From: a virus
Taxonomy: Duplodnaviria > Caudoviricetes
Virus record (IMG/VR): IMGVR_UViG_3300031992_000018
Coordinates: 64,001 to 128,000 of that record
DNA length: 64,000 nucleotides
Strand: one strand, 5' to 3'
Position 1 is the first letter of the stretch. Each line of letters starts with the position of its first letter. Shown here in pieces: positions 9,700 to 18,809 of this stretch. The notes below the pieces were generated by a model that made no database searches, had not been told where the DNA came from, and saw only the letters and a list, made by a program, of their open reading frames with translations. Position numbers and translations under genes: made by a program.

Positions 9700-10284
9700 A
9701 TGGCTTATAAAGGTGACCCTGAAAAAGATTTGATGTGTCAGTATCTTGACTGGGACAAAAACACAATGAGTCTTGAGACTCTGCTTGGTGCTATTGAAGA
9801 TGCAAGAAGGAATGCTATTAAAAATGGATATGATCCTACAAAGATTCCAGTAGTAATTAGGTTTGATAATATTAATTATGCTATTCCTTGGTATGGCGCA
9901 GGATATGGTATTGGTAGTAAAGGATTTAGTATGTTTATTGAATCTGGTAATTATCATAAAATTATGCCTATCGTTTCTGATGTTCGCCCTGAAAGCGGTG
10001 AAGGAGAATATTGGTATAGTCGTGGTCCTGGTTATCCTGATATTTCTGGCTTTGTAAAATCTAAACAAGCTGGTGAAAGGATTGATAAGATGGTATCTGA
10101 AGTCCTGATGAATAATGAACATAAGTCTTGGTTAGACTATCGTGAAACTGAGCCTACTTGGATTCAGTATAAGTTTCATAGTGATGAATTTGATATGGAG
10201 ATGCTTGATAAGCTTACTAAGGAAAACAATGGAATTATCACTAAGGAAATTATTAAGAAATGCAGTAAACTTTTTGGAATGTAA
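9700..10284 (+). CDS. hypothetical protein
   Basis: 194-aa ORF. Confidence 0.7.
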   Translation: MAYKGDPEKDLMCQYLDWDKNTMSLETLLGAIEDARRNAIKNGYDPTKIPVVIRFDNINYAIPWYGAGYGIGSKGFSMFIESGNYHKIMPIVSDVRPESGEGEYWYSRGPGYPDISGFVKSKQAGERIDKMVSEVLMNNEHKSWLDYRETEPTWIQYKFHSDEFDMEMLDKLTKENNGIITKEIIKKCSKLFGM

Positions 10285-10286
10285 TT

Positions 10287-10664
10287 ATGGATGTTATTTT
10301 ATTTATTTATTTTCTAATTTTAGGAATGTTTTGGTTAGCCACATTATCTTGGCTTTTAATTGATGAAGGTGATTGTTATTATGTTAATGCCATTGTAAAT
10401 GGTGATGATGAAATAAAAGCAGATATAACTGGTTGGATAAAAATGGTTTGGATTTCAATTTTCTGGCCTATTTATCTATTATATTTATATCTAAGATATG
10501 GATTTATTCCTACAGTTAAATTCTTATGGAAGGCAATCATATTTATATTTAAGTTTTTGTTATATCCATTTAAATTAGCTTTTGGCTGGATTAAATTCAA
10601 GAAACCTTCTGAACCATTACATGATAAGATAGCTAAATGGATAGTTAAAAAGTACCATTTATAA
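10287..10664 (+). CDS. membrane protein
   Basis: Several hydrophobic segments, IFWPIY motif. Confidence 0.65.
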   Translation: MDVILFIYFLILGMFWLATLSWLLIDEGDCYYVNAIVNGDDEIKADITGWIKMVWISIFWPIYLLYLYLRYGFIPTVKFLWKAIIFIFKFLLYPFKLAFGWIKFKKPSEPLHDKIAKWIVKKYHL

Positions 10665-10711
10665 TTGAAATTTTATAATTTAATTCTATATTAAATTGTA
10701 AAATAAATATT

Positions 10712-10918
10712 ATGAAGAAACGAATAGTAATTAAAGATTGGAAATATTCATTAGGAGTAGCTTGTAATAAAGTTACTTCTGAAATTATTTATGAAAAGAA
10801 AGTAGATGATCATTTTGAATATTTTACTTTTGATAATAAATATATAGGAAGATATAATTCTGATGTTTCTTTATTTAGAGATGATTTAAATTTAGTAGTA
10901 TTAGATTCTGAATATTAA
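10712..10918 (+). CDS. hypothetical protein
   Basis: Follows class I promoter motif at 10665-10692. Confidence 0.6.
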   Translation: MKKRIVIKDWKYSLGVACNKVTSEIIYEKKVDDHFEYFTFDNKYIGRYNSDVSLFRDDLNLVVLDSEY

Positions 10919-10919
10919 T

Positions 10920-11255
10920 ATGGATAATATTGGAGAAGTAAAAGATGCACAAGTAAAAGATAAAATCAAAGAAGAAACTACTGATTTAGCAGAAATAGCT
11001 AAACTTCTTGATAAAGATATGTTTTTTACTGCAAATGTTGCAAATAAAAAAACTTGGGCTGTTCAAAAGAAACGTCTTGAAGTTTCTATGCTTGAAATAT
11101 ATAAAGAAATAAATGCTGCTATTAATGCTGGTGAATTTTCTGTAACACTTTGGCTTACTAATAATCAGAAAGAATTTCTTTATAATAAAAATTTTAGCCT
11201 TACTCCTATTGAAAAAGGTAATAGTAAAATAAAATGCCAAATTTATTGGAATTAA
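10920..11255 (+). CDS. hypothetical protein
   Basis: 111-aa ORF. Confidence 0.65.
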   Translation: MDNIGEVKDAQVKDKIKEETTDLAEIAKLLDKDMFFTANVANKKTWAVQKKRLEVSMLEIYKEINAAINAGEFSVTLWLTNNQKEFLYNKNFSLTPIEKGNSKIKCQIYWN

Positions 11256-11269
11256 AAAAATTATAATAT

Positions 11270-11974
11270 ATGATACATACTGTAGATAACTTTGAACTTT
11301 TTGCTAAGAAGCTTTTTGAGAAGCCTCTTAAAGAAGATGAATTTTACTTTCTTCAGATTCTAGTTCGTGGAAAGGATGGTCATCATGTAAGTGGTAATAA
11401 CAAGAATCGTCTTGTCAAATATTACACTATTACTTCTGGTGAACAGCTTCTTTCTCTTAAAGATGAGATTCTTGCTATCTGTCATGTAGATAATGCAAGA
11501 GCATATATTCATCCTACTAAGAGAAATGCTAAGGAAGTTGCAAATATTGCTGTTGAGCTTGCAGTTCATACTTTTGTATCTCAGAACTGGATTGGTTTTA
11601 AGAGTATGTATTCTACTGCTTGTGGTCAGAGTTTTGTAACTAATGATAAGAAGTTTATCGTTGATCTTGATGATATTCATGAAGGTGATGCAATCCTTGA
11701 TGAAATTAGGAATAAAATTTATACTTATCGTGGTCATGGTGGTGAAAATTCTGATAAGGTATTTATGACTGTTCCAACTAAGAGTGGTGTACATCTTATT
11801 ACCTGGCCATTTGATGTAGGTCAGTTTACAAAGGATTTTCCTGGAATTGATATTCATAAGAACAATCCTACTCTTCTTTATTTTAGATGGGAGACTGAAG
11901 ATGATAAAATTAAAAAGGATAACATAGATAAATATATGATATCTGCTGAATATGGTCGTGCATCAGAATATTAA
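11270..11974 (+). CDS. hypothetical protein with AEP/PrimPol-like motifs
   Basis: FIVDLDD and TKSGVHLI motifs. Confidence 0.45.
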   Translation: MIHTVDNFELFAKKLFEKPLKEDEFYFLQILVRGKDGHHVSGNNKNRLVKYYTITSGEQLLSLKDEILAICHVDNARAYIHPTKRNAKEVANIAVELAVHTFVSQNWIGFKSMYSTACGQSFVTNDKKFIVDLDDIHEGDAILDEIRNKIYTYRGHGGENSDKVFMTVPTKSGVHLITWPFDVGQFTKDFPGIDIHKNNPTLLYFRWETEDDKIKKDNIDKYMISAEYGRASEY

Positions 11975-11975
11975 T

Positions 11976-12069
11976 AAAAACAAGGCAACATGCGAACTGC
12001 AGTGGACTGTGTTGAATAATATTAAGTCGTCGATACGAGTTATCGAGTGTAAATAATTGCTTGTTTTTT
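11976..12069. ncRNA. candidate small structured RNA (multi-stem junction)
   Basis: Closing stem aaaaacaaggcaa/ttgcttgttttt enclosing three hairpins; locally GC-richer. Confidence 0.45.
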
Positions 12070-12070
12070 A

Positions 12071-12115
12071 TTCCAGGAATGAATTCCTGGAATTTTTTTC
12101 TATATTAATATTGTA
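12071..12115 (+). promoter_or_regulatory. terminator hairpin with embedded class I promoter motif
   Basis: ttccaggaat-ga-attcctggaa-T7; ATGAAT at 12079 and TATATT at 12101. Confidence 0.65.
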
Positions 12116-12129
12116 ATTTATTAAAATAT

Positions 12130-12256
12130 ATGATTGAAATAATTGCAGTAATATTTGGGTTATTACAAGGTATTACAATTGCTCTTAATAAAAGAAGTAA
12201 TTGGATATATTGAAGGTATTAATTGGATGAGTAATGAAATTTTAAAAAGAATCTAA
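12130..12256 (+). pseudogene. probable deleted remnant of a PnuC-like (nicotinamide riboside) transporter gene
   Basis: MIEIIAVIFGLLQGITIALNKRSNWIY stops after 27 aa; an out-of-frame tail IEGINWMSNEILKRI* follows. Confidence 0.4.
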
Positions 12257-12291
12257 TACGGATTATAATTTATTATTCAAGAGATTTTTAT

Positions 12292-12624
12292 ATGAATACA
12301 AGAGCATTATATAAAACTTGGGAAGATTACATGCATGCTAAGTATGGTGATAAAATCAAAGAAGAATGTAAGAATTTTGTCTTCTTTGAAGATGGCTCTA
12401 TGAAGTATGATTTTGATAAATTTAATGATTATTGGGAAGCTATGATTGATGCTGTAAAGAATGGCGAAAATATTGATAAAGTAGTTAATCTTGTTTTTAG
12501 AGAGAAAGTTGATTGGCCTATTGTAAAAGAAAAACTTTTGAAAGAAATTAATATAAGAGAATCAGCTAAGAAAGGTTGGGAAACTAGAGCACTTAAGAAT
12601 TATTTAAATTCAAAGGAAATATGA
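12292..12624 (+). CDS. hypothetical protein
   Basis: 110-aa ORF. Confidence 0.65.
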   Translation: MNTRALYKTWEDYMHAKYGDKIKEECKNFVFFEDGSMKYDFDKFNDYWEAMIDAVKNGENIDKVVNLVFREKVDWPIVKEKLLKEINIRESAKKGWETRALKNYLNSKEI

Positions 12625-12797
12625 AATACAAGATTAACATAAAATATTGTCTGCAAACTCTTTCTTATGAATATTATATAATTGATAAGAAGACAAAGAA
12701 AGTAGTTGCACATAACTATTATAAAGGTTATGGTCCTAATAAGAAAATTAGGGAAGGTATTATTAATATGTATAAAGGTATTTTAGATTTTGAATAA
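12621..12797 (+). CDS. hypothetical protein (58 aa, absent from the ORF track)
   Basis: MKYKINIKYC...ILDFE* with ATGA overlap. Confidence 0.55.
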   Translation: MKYKINIKYCLQTLSYEYYIIDKKTKKVVAHNYYKGYGPNKKIREGIINMYKGILDFE

Positions 12798-12798
12798 T

Positions 12799-13005
12799 AT
12801 GAAATTACCAAACATTATTTATCCAATAGGAACAAAGGTTTATAAACCTTCTGGTAAGCCATTTAAATCTGGAAAGAAAATAAATACTATTTCTTGTATT
12901 ATTGAACATCCATTTAAAAAAGATGAAAATGGTAACGGAGTTCCAAGTTATAAATTTGTTGAAGATGATTCAATTGTTGAGGCAATAATGTGTAAAGCTA
13001 TTTAA
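12799..13005 (+). CDS. hypothetical protein
   Basis: KVYKPSGKPFKSG motif. Confidence 0.6.
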   Translation: MKLPNIIYPIGTKVYKPSGKPFKSGKKINTISCIIEHPFKKDENGNGVPSYKFVEDDSIVEAIMCKAI

Positions 13006-13007
13006 TT

Positions 13008-13271
13008 ATGAGCAGAACTTATAGAAAAGAATATACAAGTAATCTTTTTCATAATGGTGAACATGGACATCATAATTCTTTAACTAGAGAATTTAAAGGT
13101 ATTGATGGTTGTTGGACAGTTAAGTCTGGAAGAGGATTGATTGATCGAAGAGATTATGAATCTGATAGATGTAAAGCTATTAGAAAGATTATGACTCAGA
13201 AACGAAGAACTGTTATGAAAAGAAATACTAATAAAATTATTGAAGAGGAACTATTATATGATGCTTATTAA
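13008..13271 (+). CDS. small basic hypothetical protein (MSRTYRK type)
   Basis: 87-aa Arg/Lys-rich ORF. Confidence 0.6.
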   Translation: MSRTYRKEYTSNLFHNGEHGHHNSLTREFKGIDGCWTVKSGRGLIDRRDYESDRCKAIRKIMTQKRRTVMKRNTNKIIEEELLYDAY

Positions 13272-13397
13272 TATTGGTGGTAATTTATTTCCAATTCCAC
13301 AAAATAATGACAATAATGATAATGATGATACTCCTAATGGCTGTGGATGTTTAATCATTATAATTATACTTTTATTGATATTTCTTTTTATAAAATA

Positions 13398-13445
13398 GAG
13401 GAGATTCTTTGAATTTCCTCAATTTTTTTCTATATTATAATGTGA
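13398..13445 (+). promoter_or_regulatory. terminator hairpin with embedded class I promoter motif
   Basis: gaggagattc-ttt-gaatttcctc; TTGAAT at 13409 and TATATT at 13431. Confidence 0.65.
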
Positions 13446-13461
13446 TTAAAAAATAAACATT

Positions 13462-13629
13462 ATGAATAAAGAAGAATTATCAAAGAAAATCCATGATGCT
13501 TTGATGGAGTATTCATTTAAGATTGCAATGGAAAGTGAAGATGGTAAATTTAGCATGTCTGATATGTGTGAAGCATTCCATAAGGGTACTGAAGTAATTC
13601 TTGAATCATTAAACATTAATCTTGATTAA
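13462..13629 (+). CDS. hypothetical protein (55 aa, absent from the ORF track)
   Basis: MNKEELSKKIH...NLD* translated by hand. Confidence 0.55.
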   Translation: MNKEELSKKIHDALMEYSFKIAMESEDGKFSMSDMCEAFHKGTEVILESLNINLD

Positions 13630-13630
13630 T

Positions 13631-15058
13631 ATGACTTTTAAGACTCTTCCATATGATAACTTACTTAAGGAAATTGGCTGTGTTGCTGATGATCTTAAGT
13701 ATGAATGCTATGTAGTTGGTGGTTTTGTTCGTGACCTACTTCTTAATAGAGACAATGATGACATTGATGTTGTTGTTGTTGGTAAGGGAGTAGAGATGGC
13801 TAAGACCTATGTAAAATATCTTCGGGGTTTAGGAAGAAATGTAAAGTATTCTTTTTTTGAAAACTTTGGTACCGCTCAGGTTAAGGTTGATGATCCTGAG
13901 TATGGTGATATTGAAGTTGAGTTTGTTGGCGCAAGAAAGGAATCTTATGAGCGTGGTTCTAGAAAGCCTATTGTTGAAGAAGGTACTCTTCGTGATGACC
14001 AGCTTCGTCGCGACTTTACTATCAATGCAATGGCAATTTGTTTGAATAAGAAGCATTTTGGAAAGCTTGTTGACCCTTTCAATGGAGTTGATGATCTTAA
14101 AAGAGGAATTATTCGTACTCCAGTAAATCCAGATATTACTTTTTCTGATGATCCTCTTCGTCAGCTTCGCGCTGTTCGTTTTGCAGCTAAGCTAAATTTT
14201 GATATTGATAGAAATACTTTTGAAGGAATTCAGAGAAATGCAGATAGGCTTTCTATCATCTCTGAGGAAAGAATCAATGTTGAACTTATGAAAATTCTTG
14301 CTTCTGACTCTCCTTCTAAGGGTATTCATCTTCTTCTTGATACTGGACTTCTTGAGAAGTTTCTTCCTGAAGTAAGTAAATTAAATACTGATGGAAGGAC
14401 TGAGAAGATTACTCATGGGCATAAGAATATCTTTGCTCATACTCTTGAAGTTCTTTCAAATGTAAGTGCAAAGACTTCTAATCCTTGGATTCGTCTTGCT
14501 GCACTTCTTCATGACATTGGTAAGATTCCTACCAGAAAATATATTCCTGGTACTGGTTATACTTTTATGGGACATGAGAATGTTGGAGCAAACATGGTTG
14601 ATGTAATTTTCCGCCGTCTTAAGCTTCCTCTTGATGAGCATCTTACTCTTGTACATAATTTGGTAAAGCTTCATATGCGTCCTCAGTCAATTGCTTCTGA
14701 AGGTGTTACTGATTCTGGCGTACGTCGTCTTGTCTTTGATGCTGATGGACATATTGATGACCTTCTTATTCTTGCTGAAAGTGATATTACTACTGGTAAA
14801 CTTGCAAAGAAAGAGAAGTTTATTGCTCAGTATGAGGAGTTGAAGAAAAGGATTGAAGAGCTTAAGCAAGCTGACTTTGTAAGAACTTTCCAGCCTTGTG
14901 TAAGTGGTAATGATATTATGGAAAGATATGGTCTTTCTCCTTGTAAGAAGGTTGGTGAACTGAAGCAGATTATCAAGGATGCTGTTCTTGATGGTACTGT
15001 AGAGAACACTCCTGAAAAGCTATATGAGATTCTTGATAAAGAAATGAATTATGAATAA
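13631..15058 (+). CDS. cca: CCA tRNA nucleotidyltransferase with HD domain
   Basis: VGGFVRD, DIDVV, RRDFTINAMA, DDPLR..RAVRF, LLHDIGK; FGTAQVK/EVEFVGARKESY resembles Bacteroidales enzymes. Confidence 0.92.
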   Translation: MTFKTLPYDNLLKEIGCVADDLKYECYVVGGFVRDLLLNRDNDDIDVVVVGKGVEMAKTYVKYLRGLGRNVKYSFFENFGTAQVKVDDPEYGDIEVEFVGARKESYERGSRKPIVEEGTLRDDQLRRDFTINAMAICLNKKHFGKLVDPFNGVDDLKRGIIRTPVNPDITFSDDPLRQLRAVRFAAKLNFDIDRNTFEGIQRNADRLSIISEERINVELMKILASDSPSKGIHLLLDTGLLEKFLPEVSKLNTDGRTEKITHGHKNIFAHTLEVLSNVSAKTSNPWIRLAALLHDIGKIPTRKYIPGTGYTFMGHENVGANMVDVIFRRLKLPLDEHLTLVHNLVKLHMRPQSIASEGVTDSGVRRLVFDADGHIDDLLILAESDITTGKLAKKEKFIAQYEELKKRIEELKQADFVRTFQPCVSGNDIMERYGLSPCKKVGELKQIIKDAVLDGTVENTPEKLYEILDKEMNYE

Positions 15059-15305
15059 TAAAAAGGCAAAAGAAAGATGGATGAAAATCCAAGAGAATAA
15101 TAAAAAGTGTTGTGCTAATTGTTCTCAATTATGTAAATATTCAAGTGGTGATTATATTTGTTATTTTTTGACATCTAAAAAAGAAACAAAAACAAGTGGT
15201 GTAATTGTTCATGCAGATGAACTTTCTATGGTTCGTGGAAAGTGTTTTGACAAGTATAATGGATTAAATTTAATGTCGATGCAAATGGTAAAGAAACACC
15301 TTTAA
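15051..15305 (+). CDS. Cys-rich hypothetical protein
   Basis: CCANCSQLC motif. Confidence 0.6.
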   Translation: MNNKKAKERWMKIQENNKKCCANCSQLCKYSSGDYICYFLTSKKETKTSGVIVHADELSMVRGKCFDKYNGLNLMSMQMVKKHL

Positions 15306-15317
15306 ATAAATATACTT

Positions 15318-15596
15318 ATGAAAAGTAATTATGCAAAATTATTAAAATATAAAGATGAGATATATACATATTCTCATTCAAAGGGAAATATTTTAATATA
15401 TATTAGTCAACCTTATTATTATTATGAAGACTGGCTAGATGATGGTGGTATTCTTGTTGTAAAATATAAACCTAATACAAAAAATAATCAATACTATGTT
15501 CTTCATAAATTAAGAATTTGTGAAGGAAGCGGACATATTGAACATATAAATTTAACAAAACAAGATAGAATAGCTAAAGAATATGAACATGAATAA
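15318..15596 (+). CDS. hypothetical protein
   Basis: 92-aa ORF. Confidence 0.6.
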   Translation: MKSNYAKLLKYKDEIYTYSHSKGNILIYISQPYYYYEDWLDDGGILVVKYKPNTKNNQYYVLHKLRICEGSGHIEHINLTKQDRIAKEYEHE

Positions 15597-15816
15597 AGAA
15601 GCATATATTGAAAAGGTTTTGAATGGAGTATCTATCAAAATAGGAAATGCTATAGAATCTGATCATGATAATATGTGGGCTTTAATTGATGACTATATTA
15701 GAGCAGGTATTGAAGAAGCATATGATAAAGGCCATATAGATGGATATAGTGAAGGTTATAGTGATGCAATGAATACAGCTTCTTATGAATTTGATAGAGA
15801 AAGATGTTATCTTTAA
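15583..15816 (+). CDS. hypothetical protein
   Basis: AYDKG..DGY.EGY repeat typical of small phage proteins. Confidence 0.6.
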   Translation: MNMNKEAYIEKVLNGVSIKIGNAIESDHDNMWALIDDYIRAGIEEAYDKGHIDGYSEGYSDAMNTASYEFDRERCYL

Positions 15817-15832
15817 AATATAATGATTAATT

Positions 15833-16264
15833 ATGGGTGAAAATATAAATAAACCAGTTCCTAAAGTAGGAAAAGAATATCATTTCTTTGATGATGGTAA
15901 AATAAGACGTTCAAGACATTATATTGCTACTATTAAAAGAATTATTACTAAAGAAGAAGCAAAATCAATTATATTTAAACTTACAGAATATTTTAATGAT
16001 GATGATTACTATGATTATAAATCATCATTATATGATATTTGGCAATCAGAAATAGAAAGATATGATTGGATTATCGCTAAAGATACTGATTATATAGTAG
16101 AAGCATCTATTCCTGAGTATGATGATAATTTAATTTATTTTGTAAGAACAAAGAATGGTGGATGGTTTAGTATGAATATACAAAGCGATTGGCAAGGAGG
16201 AAGACTTGATATTGATGGAAAATTATATGAATCACTTTTAGAATATGAAAACTTATACATGTAA
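15833..16264 (+). CDS. hypothetical protein
   Basis: 143-aa ORF. Confidence 0.65.
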   Translation: MGENINKPVPKVGKEYHFFDDGKIRRSRHYIATIKRIITKEEAKSIIFKLTEYFNDDDYYDYKSSLYDIWQSEIERYDWIIAKDTDYIVEASIPEYDDNLIYFVRTKNGGWFSMNIQSDWQGGRLDIDGKLYESLLEYENLYM

Positions 16265-16610
16265 TGGATTATATTATGAAGGAATAGTATATGTTCTTGA
16301 ATCATTAGAAGATTGGGATGAATATGAAAAGATTTGTAAAGAAAAAGATCCTAATTTTCCAAAATGGAATCCTAATTTTTATCATATAAAAGAAGAATTT
16401 AAAGAATATATTAATTGTATTTGGGAAGATAAAGAAAATCTACGATATACATATAATGGTAAGTCAGTTTATAAAGAATATATTGTAACAGGTATTGAAG
16501 ATAATGGACCAATGATGGATTGGTATTGGATTGTTGAAAATGAAGATGATCCAAAGGATATAAAGCATATTCTTGTTAATTCTCATGATTTGAAAAATGG
16601 TTTAAGATAA
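16245..16610 (+). CDS. hypothetical protein
   Basis: 121-aa ORF. Confidence 0.65.
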   Translation: MKTYTCNGLYYEGIVYVLESLEDWDEYEKICKEKDPNFPKWNPNFYHIKEEFKEYINCIWEDKENLRYTYNGKSVYKEYIVTGIEDNGPMMDWYWIVENEDDPKDIKHILVNSHDLKNGLR

Positions 16611-16710
16611 GATTATTAAATTTTTTATAATGCAGTTTCTATATTATATTATAGAAGCTGCATATTTCTTATGTAGTTAATAACAAAAATTCTAAAAAAA
16701 CAAATAACGT

Positions 16711-17205
16711 ATGAATATTTTAACAAAAGAAACTGTTAAGACCTATTCTTATACTACTGCCAATGGTAATAGAGAAGGTTCAATGCTTGTTAGAATTAAT
16801 GGCCGTGACTACGTCAAGTTTGGCACATTCCAAGCTGTCACGTTAGTTGGAAACTTGTGCGAAGTCTACGATGCTGATGTTAAACGTTCTAAAACTGTGC
16901 TCTTTGTTGGTGTATCAAGGCAGCACCCACGTGACATAAAGATTGATAAGGAACTCGCTTATGAGACTGCTCATCTTAATGCACTATTTAATCCTCAGAT
17001 GGTTATTGAAGTAGGAGAATGCTTCACTCAATATAACTTCAGAGAGTTTGCAAAAAATTATATTGATACTCTTAAACTTCAGTTTGTAAAGACAACTCAA
17101 GAAATTGATGAAGATGATTTTTTATCAAGTATTGAAGATATTGAGTTTGAAGAAATTGAAGATGATGAACCAGATATTGAGGAGACAAAAATATCTGAAA
17201 AGTAA
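16711..17205 (+). CDS. hypothetical protein with acidic C-terminal tail
   Basis: 164-aa ORF; EIDEDDF...EEIEDDEPDIEE tail. Confidence 0.7.
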   Translation: MNILTKETVKTYSYTTANGNREGSMLVRINGRDYVKFGTFQAVTLVGNLCEVYDADVKRSKTVLFVGVSRQHPRDIKIDKELAYETAHLNALFNPQMVIEVGECFTQYNFREFAKNYIDTLKLQFVKTTQEIDEDDFLSSIEDIEFEEIEDDEPDIEETKISEK

Positions 17206-17207
17206 TA

Positions 17208-17807
17208 ATGGGTGATGATTTAATTCAAAAATTTGGATATTCTGAAATGTATGAGTGGAATGAACTTCCACCAAATGATTCTAAATTAGGTAGATTTGTT
17301 ACATTTTCATCAGATGATCCTTCTAAGATTGTAAAAATAAATAAATCTAATCAGCCTGTTCTTGGAGTCACTACTGTTAATTCAGTAGTAGATTCTGATA
17401 ATCCAGAAGAATGGAAATATAAAAATCTTTGTAATGAATATGGTGATTTATATCTTAGAAAAGAAAAGCTTGCTGTTGGTGAAAAGGTATATGATCAACT
17501 TAATGAAATAAACTATATTCGTACTCGTCCTTGGGAACATTTTATCACAATAGATAATAAATATTATGATAAGAATAAAAAGTATGTCAAGAGAACAAAT
17601 AGAGGAGAATGGATTAGAGTTACTTTGATGGGTAAGACAATAGTTTATGATAATGGTAAATGCACTCCAGGTGAATGGTGTACTCCATATACTGGTAAAT
17701 TCAAAGAGGATTTTGGTATAGCTGTTCCAGCAACTGAAAAATCAAAAAATAAATATTATGTCCTTGAACGACTTAGTGATAAGACAATATTAATTTTTTA
17801 TAAATAA
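17208..17807 (+). CDS. stand-alone Peptidase_G2-like intramolecular chaperone domain
   Basis: YSEMYEW, GRFVT, VLGV, W..K.L.NEYG, Y..R..R.EW..V.LMGK..V.D.G.C motifs. Confidence 0.75.
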   Translation: MGDDLIQKFGYSEMYEWNELPPNDSKLGRFVTFSSDDPSKIVKINKSNQPVLGVTTVNSVVDSDNPEEWKYKNLCNEYGDLYLRKEKLAVGEKVYDQLNEINYIRTRPWEHFITIDNKYYDKNKKYVKRTNRGEWIRVTLMGKTIVYDNGKCTPGEWCTPYTGKFKEDFGIAVPATEKSKNKYYVLERLSDKTILIFYK

Positions 17808-17822
17808 ATTATAGTTTGAAGT

Positions 17823-18809
17823 ATGGCAAAGGTAGAAGAAAATAAAAAATTAGACGTTATCTCAGTCATTACAACATTCTATAATGCTGAGAAATTTATA
17901 TTCAATACTCTTAATTCTATTAATCAGCAAATTATTGACGGATTTGATTTTGAGTATGTAATTGTTGATGATAAATCACCAGATTCTTCAAGAAAAATAG
18001 TTGAATCATTTATTGAAAATAATGTTCCAGAAGACAAGAAAAGTAAATGGAAACTTTATACTCCAGAAGAAAATCTTGGTTGTGGTGGAGCAAGAAAATT
18101 TGGTATTGATCATGCAATTGGAGATTTCTTTATGTTCCTTGATGCTGATGATTATTATATGCATACAAACTTTATGTTGAATGCTTATAATACAATTATT
18201 TCAGAAAATGCAGATATTGTTGAATATGGTGTAATATTTAATCAACCAAATGGACAACAAATAAATAATACTGCTCCACAAAAGTATATTATTGAAAATA
18301 ATCCAAGTGTTGCTGAAATTGCATTATTCAAAGATAATCTTATTAAATTCAATGTATGGAGTAAAATCTATAGAAGATGGGTTGTTGAAAGTTATCCTTA
18401 TTCAGAAGTACGTACATATGAAGATGTAAGAACTATTCCTGTATGGGTTTCAAATGCTCATAAAATAGTTATAATGCCTACTGCTGAGATTAATTATCGT
18501 GCTGCTAGTGGAAGTATTATTAGAAGTGATATGATTCAAACTCGTCTTGGAACTATTACTGCTATTACAGAATTATTCCCAAGATTCAAAGATGATTATA
18601 ATGTTCTTAAAGCTATGTATGGTAGAGCTATGGTTGATTTAGAGGCATTACTTCATAATCATTCTTCTAATGATCCAGGATTTAATGAAATGAGTAGATT
18701 AAATACAATAATGCTTTCTTATCTTTATCCAGATAATTATAAAGAAATTACTTATAATATTGATTTAGAAGAAAATAAAAATATTGAAGAAAATAATGAA
18801 TCTAAATAG
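17823..18809 (+). CDS. family 2 glycosyltransferase
   Basis: SVITTFYN, VIVDDKSPD, NLGCGGAR..G, FLDADD, VWSKIYR, YED motifs. Confidence 0.9.
   Translation: MAKVEENKKLDVISVITTFYNAEKFIFNTLNSINQQIIDGFDFEYVIVDDKSPDSSRKIVESFIENNVPEDKKSKWKLYTPEENLGCGGARKFGIDHAIGDFFMFLDADDYYMHTNFMLNAYNTIISENADIVEYGVIFNQPNGQQINNTAPQKYIIENNPSVAEIALFKDNLIKFNVWSKIYRRWVVESYPYSEVRTYEDVRTIPVWVSNAHKIVIMPTAEINYRAASGSIIRSDMIQTRLGTITAITELFPRFKDDYNVLKAMYGRAMVDLEALLHNHSSNDPGFNEMSRLNTIMLSYLYPDNYKEITYNIDLEENKNIEENNESK

Noticed and set aside
11976-12069. tRNA gene or hammerhead ribozyme
   Set aside because: No properly paired T-arm with TTCRA on either strand and no CUGAUGA/GAAA core. No tRNA gene was recognised anywhere in the window.
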